From assembly GCA_964016885.1 (NCBI GenBank), contig OZ024744.1, positions 125,612,001 through 125,676,000 on the forward strand: 64,000 nt of DNA. The letters run 5' to 3'. Position 1 is the first letter of the stretch. Every line of letters starts with the position of its first letter. The notes beneath the pieces are model-generated. The model ran no database searches. It was not told the DNA's origin and was given only the letters and a program-made list of their open reading frames with translations. A program made the translations under genes and the position numbers. This DNA comes from Eledone cirrhosa. Lineage: Eukaryota. Below, one piece after another: positions 60,700-64,000 of the stretch.

Positions 60700-61679
60700 A
60701 CTTATATTTTCAATAATCAGTTTAAATGGGTTGCACCGTAGCCACTTGGTAATACACTGCAAATCTCCCGTCAATCTATGAAGGTTTTGTAGTAGATTAG
60801 ATCAAAACACAATCAGCAAGACAGTAATGGAATGAATAATATAAACATTTGTTTATAATTAAAGCCTTAAGATGTCCCTCCCTCCCTCCCTTCCTTCCTT
60901 CCTTCCTTCCTTCCTTCCTTCCTTACGATATACACTTTAATAACATTGAAACTTATTTAATAAGTTTAAATTTTAAACACTTTTTATTCAGACGTACCGC
61001 GATAAGTAACTAGATATGTTCTAACGAATAATCCGCGATGTGGCGAGGATTACCGCGATAGGAAATTAGATACGTTCCAAAGAAATATCCGCGAAAAGTG
61101 AACCGCGATATAGCGGGTTCACCAGCCAGTGTATTACTGGTACTTTATTTTATCGACCCCCATAAGGATGAAAGGCAAAGTTAACTGTGCAATAACAAAG
61201 GGAGATAACCTCGTCTTTTTTTTTTTACGGAGTTATTTCCCTTTAAATTTTATCTATTACTTATGATGATACAATTTAATCAGTTCTTAGCTGTCGAGAC
61301 ACTGCATCCTTTAAAACCTCCATGGAACAAGCTACCTGCAACAGTTGTTAGCTGTCGAGACACTGCATCTTTTAAAACCTCCATGGAACAAACTACCTGC
61401 ATCAGTTGTTAGGGTCTGAGTTCAAATCACGCCGAGGAGGTTAACTTTGCCTTTCATCCTTACGGGGTCGGTCGGAAAACGAACCATTCCCGGTTCGCTT
61501 TCGAAGCGGGTTTCCGAAAACAGCGCTTCTCTCGACCGGGCCCGTCGTCCGCTCGGCGGTGGTTTTCATCGTCCCAGGCACGGCTAACAGGCGGAGACGG
61601 GACAAACGCGCGTGTTCCTTTTTTTATCAGCCGCAGCGCCGTTCGTATATATGCTTAGGTTGTTTTTTTTTTAAATATC

Positions 61680-61911
61680 CTAAGTTAAGTTGGGGCTAAG
61701 TTAAGTTGGGGCTAAGTTAAGTTGAGGTTAAGTTGAGTTGGGGTTAAGTTAAGTGGGGGTTAAGTTAAGCTGGGGTTAAGTTAAGTTGAGGTTAAGTTAA
61801 GTTGGGGTTAAGTCAAGTTGGGGTTAAGTTAAGTTGGGGTTAAGTTAGGTTGGGGTTAAGTTAGGTTGGGGTTAAGTTAAGTTGGGGTTAAGTTAGGTTG
61901 CGGTTAAGTTA
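61680..61911 (+). repeat. 16-bp G-rich repeat, copy 2 (one extra unit)
   Basis: Offset between copies increases by 16 across it. Confidence 0.93.
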
Positions 61912-64000
61912 CATTCGCCGCCGGACTTCAGCTTCCTCATTTAGCATGGGCAGTTTTTCTTGAAAATCACACCACACACAGCAAATGTGTGTCCGCACAT
62001 GTACCAGTAATTACAGATCGATTCCGGTGAAAATTCACTGAAAACGGGCCATCCGGCCCTGTGCGTCGATCGTGGGCCGGCCGGATGTTGACGGATCGAT
62101 GTGTAATTAGAAGTACATGTGCGGACACTCATTGGCTGTGCGTGGTATGCATTTCAGCAAGATATCTCCGTAACATCAAGAGTTATGGCTGTGGAGGCAC
62201 ACCTAGTCAAACGTAAACAAGGTCTGGAGCGTTTACGCTTCGCGATTTTGTTTACGTTTGACTAGGTGTGCCTCCACAGCCACAACTCTTGATGTTACGG
62301 AGATATCTTGCTGAAATGCATACCGCGCACAGCCAATGAGTGTCCGCACATGTACTTCTAATTACACATCGATCCGTCAACATCCGGCCGGCCCACGATC
62401 GACGCACAGGGCCGGATGGCCCGTTTTCAGTGAATTTTCACCGGAATCGATCTGTAATTACTGGTACATGTGCGGAGACACATTTGCTGTGTGTGGTGTG
62501 ATTTTCAAGAAAAACTGCCCATGCTAAATGAGGAAGCTGAAGTCCGCCGGCGAATGGTGTGCTTCGAAGAAAACTAATTCGAAAATGACCGTTTGCAGGC
62601 GGAGTAACCTTTTCGATCGTGGGCCAGCCGCCCGTGGTGGGATCCATCTGTAATTACTGGTACATGTGCGGACATACATTTGCTGTGTGTGGTGTGATTT
62701 TCAAGAAGAACTGCCCATGCTAAATGAGGAAGCTGAAGTCCGCCGGCGAATGGTGTGCTTCGAAGAAAACTAATTCGAAAATGACCGTTTGCAGGCGGGG
62801 TAACCTTTTCGATCGTGGGCCAGCCGCCCGTGGTGGGATCCATCTGTAATTACTGGTACATGTGCGGACACACATTTGCTGTGTGTGGTGTGATTTTCGA
62901 GAAAGACTGCCCATGCTAAATGAGGAAGCTGAAGTCCGCCGGCGAATGGTGTGCTTCGAAGAAAACTAATTCGAAAATGACTATTTGCCGGCGGAATCAC
63001 CTTTTCGGTCCTGGTCCGGCCGGATCTTGCCGGATCGATCGGAAATTTGTGGACCATGTTCGGAAGGCCATTGTGCATGTGTGGTGAAAAAAATTTGTGT
63101 CGAAATCTTCTCGGAAAATAACGGATCGCCGGCGGAGATTGCCATTTCGATCGTGGGCCGGCCGGATCTTGTCGGATCGATTCGGACATATGTGCATCGT
63201 GTTCGCAAGGCCCTTGTCTATGTGTGGTGTGATTTTCATAAAGAAATTCCGAAAAACCCAGTTTTAAATCTGATTTCGCCAAAGAATTTTGGCTATCAGA
63301 TCGGGTTGAAAGGTATGGTTTCAGGTCGATCTGAAAGTCTAAAATGGAATTCACTCGGTTAGCTAACTATTGATATTTCGGAGATATCTTTCTGAAAATC
63401 ACACCACACACTCCCAATGAGTGTCTGCACATGTACCAGTAATTACAGATGGATCCCACCACGGGCGGCCGGCCCACGATCGAAAAGGTTACTCCGAAGC
63501 ACACCATTCGCCGGCGGAATTCATTTAGCATGGGCAGTTTTTCTCGAAAATCACACCACACACAGCCAATGAGTGTCCGCACATGTACCAGTAATTACAG
63601 ATGGATCCCACCACGGGCGGCTGGCCCACGATCGAAAAGGTTACTCCGCCTGCAAACGGTCATTTTCGAATTCGTTTTCTTCGAAGCACACGATTCGCCG
63701 GCGGACTTCAGCTCCCTCATTTAGCATGGGCAGTTTTTCTCGAAAATCACACCACACACAGCAAATGTGTGTCCGCACATGTACCAGTAATTACAGATCG
63801 ATTCCGGTGAAAATTCACTGAAAACGGGCCATTCGGCCCTGTGCGTCGATCGTGGGCCGGCCGGATGTTGACGGATCGATGTGTAATTAGAAGTACATGT
63901 GCGGACACTCATTGGCTGTGCGTGGTATGCATTTCACCAAGATATCTCCGTAACATCAAGAGTTATGGCTGTGGAGGCACACCTAGTCAAACGTAAACAA
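61912..64000. repeat. Foldback array, copy 2 (truncated by the window end)
   Basis: First palindrome centre at 62234. Confidence 0.93.

Larger units (their letters stand above)
34391..64000 (+). repeat. ~33.8-kb tandem segmental repeat, copy 2 (runs off the window)
   Basis: Near-identical to 599-31867, with differences mostly in tandem-repeat copy number plus scattered SNPs. Confidence 0.97.

Overview
Repeat-dense eukaryotic (metazoan) DNA with no recognisable host protein-coding gene. The SINE, RTE, MITE and microsatellite content looks like a coleoid cephalopod (octopus-like) genome; this taxon call is an inference. After about 0.6 kb of unique sequence, the window is two head-to-tail copies of a ~33.8-kb unit (599-34390 and 34391->64000). 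The first ~21 kb of each unit is transposon debris: RTE fragments, piggyBac- and mariner-type MITEs, a Helitron end, SINEs, CRE- and R4/Dong-type fragments, and a 5'-truncated CR1-group LINE with an intact 921-codon EN+RT ORF2. Next is an unusual collapsed rDNA-like module: (CCCTAA)n, 169/172-bp spacer-like repeats, an ETS-like segment, the first ~185 nt of 18S, a 3-4.6-kb tandem array of scrambled conserved 18S/28S motifs, the 3' end of 28S, an orphan histone-type stem-loop, and (GGGGTTAAGTTAAGTT)n. The unit ends in a CpG-rich foldback (palindromic) higher-order array that contains the duplication breakpoint. Other notable details are a canonical -1 slippery heptamer at the AUG-less LINE ORF1/ORF2 junction and a twin-priming-type 5' inversion in an R4/Dong-like insertion whose empty site is also in the window. 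All identifications were made by eye, without database searches.
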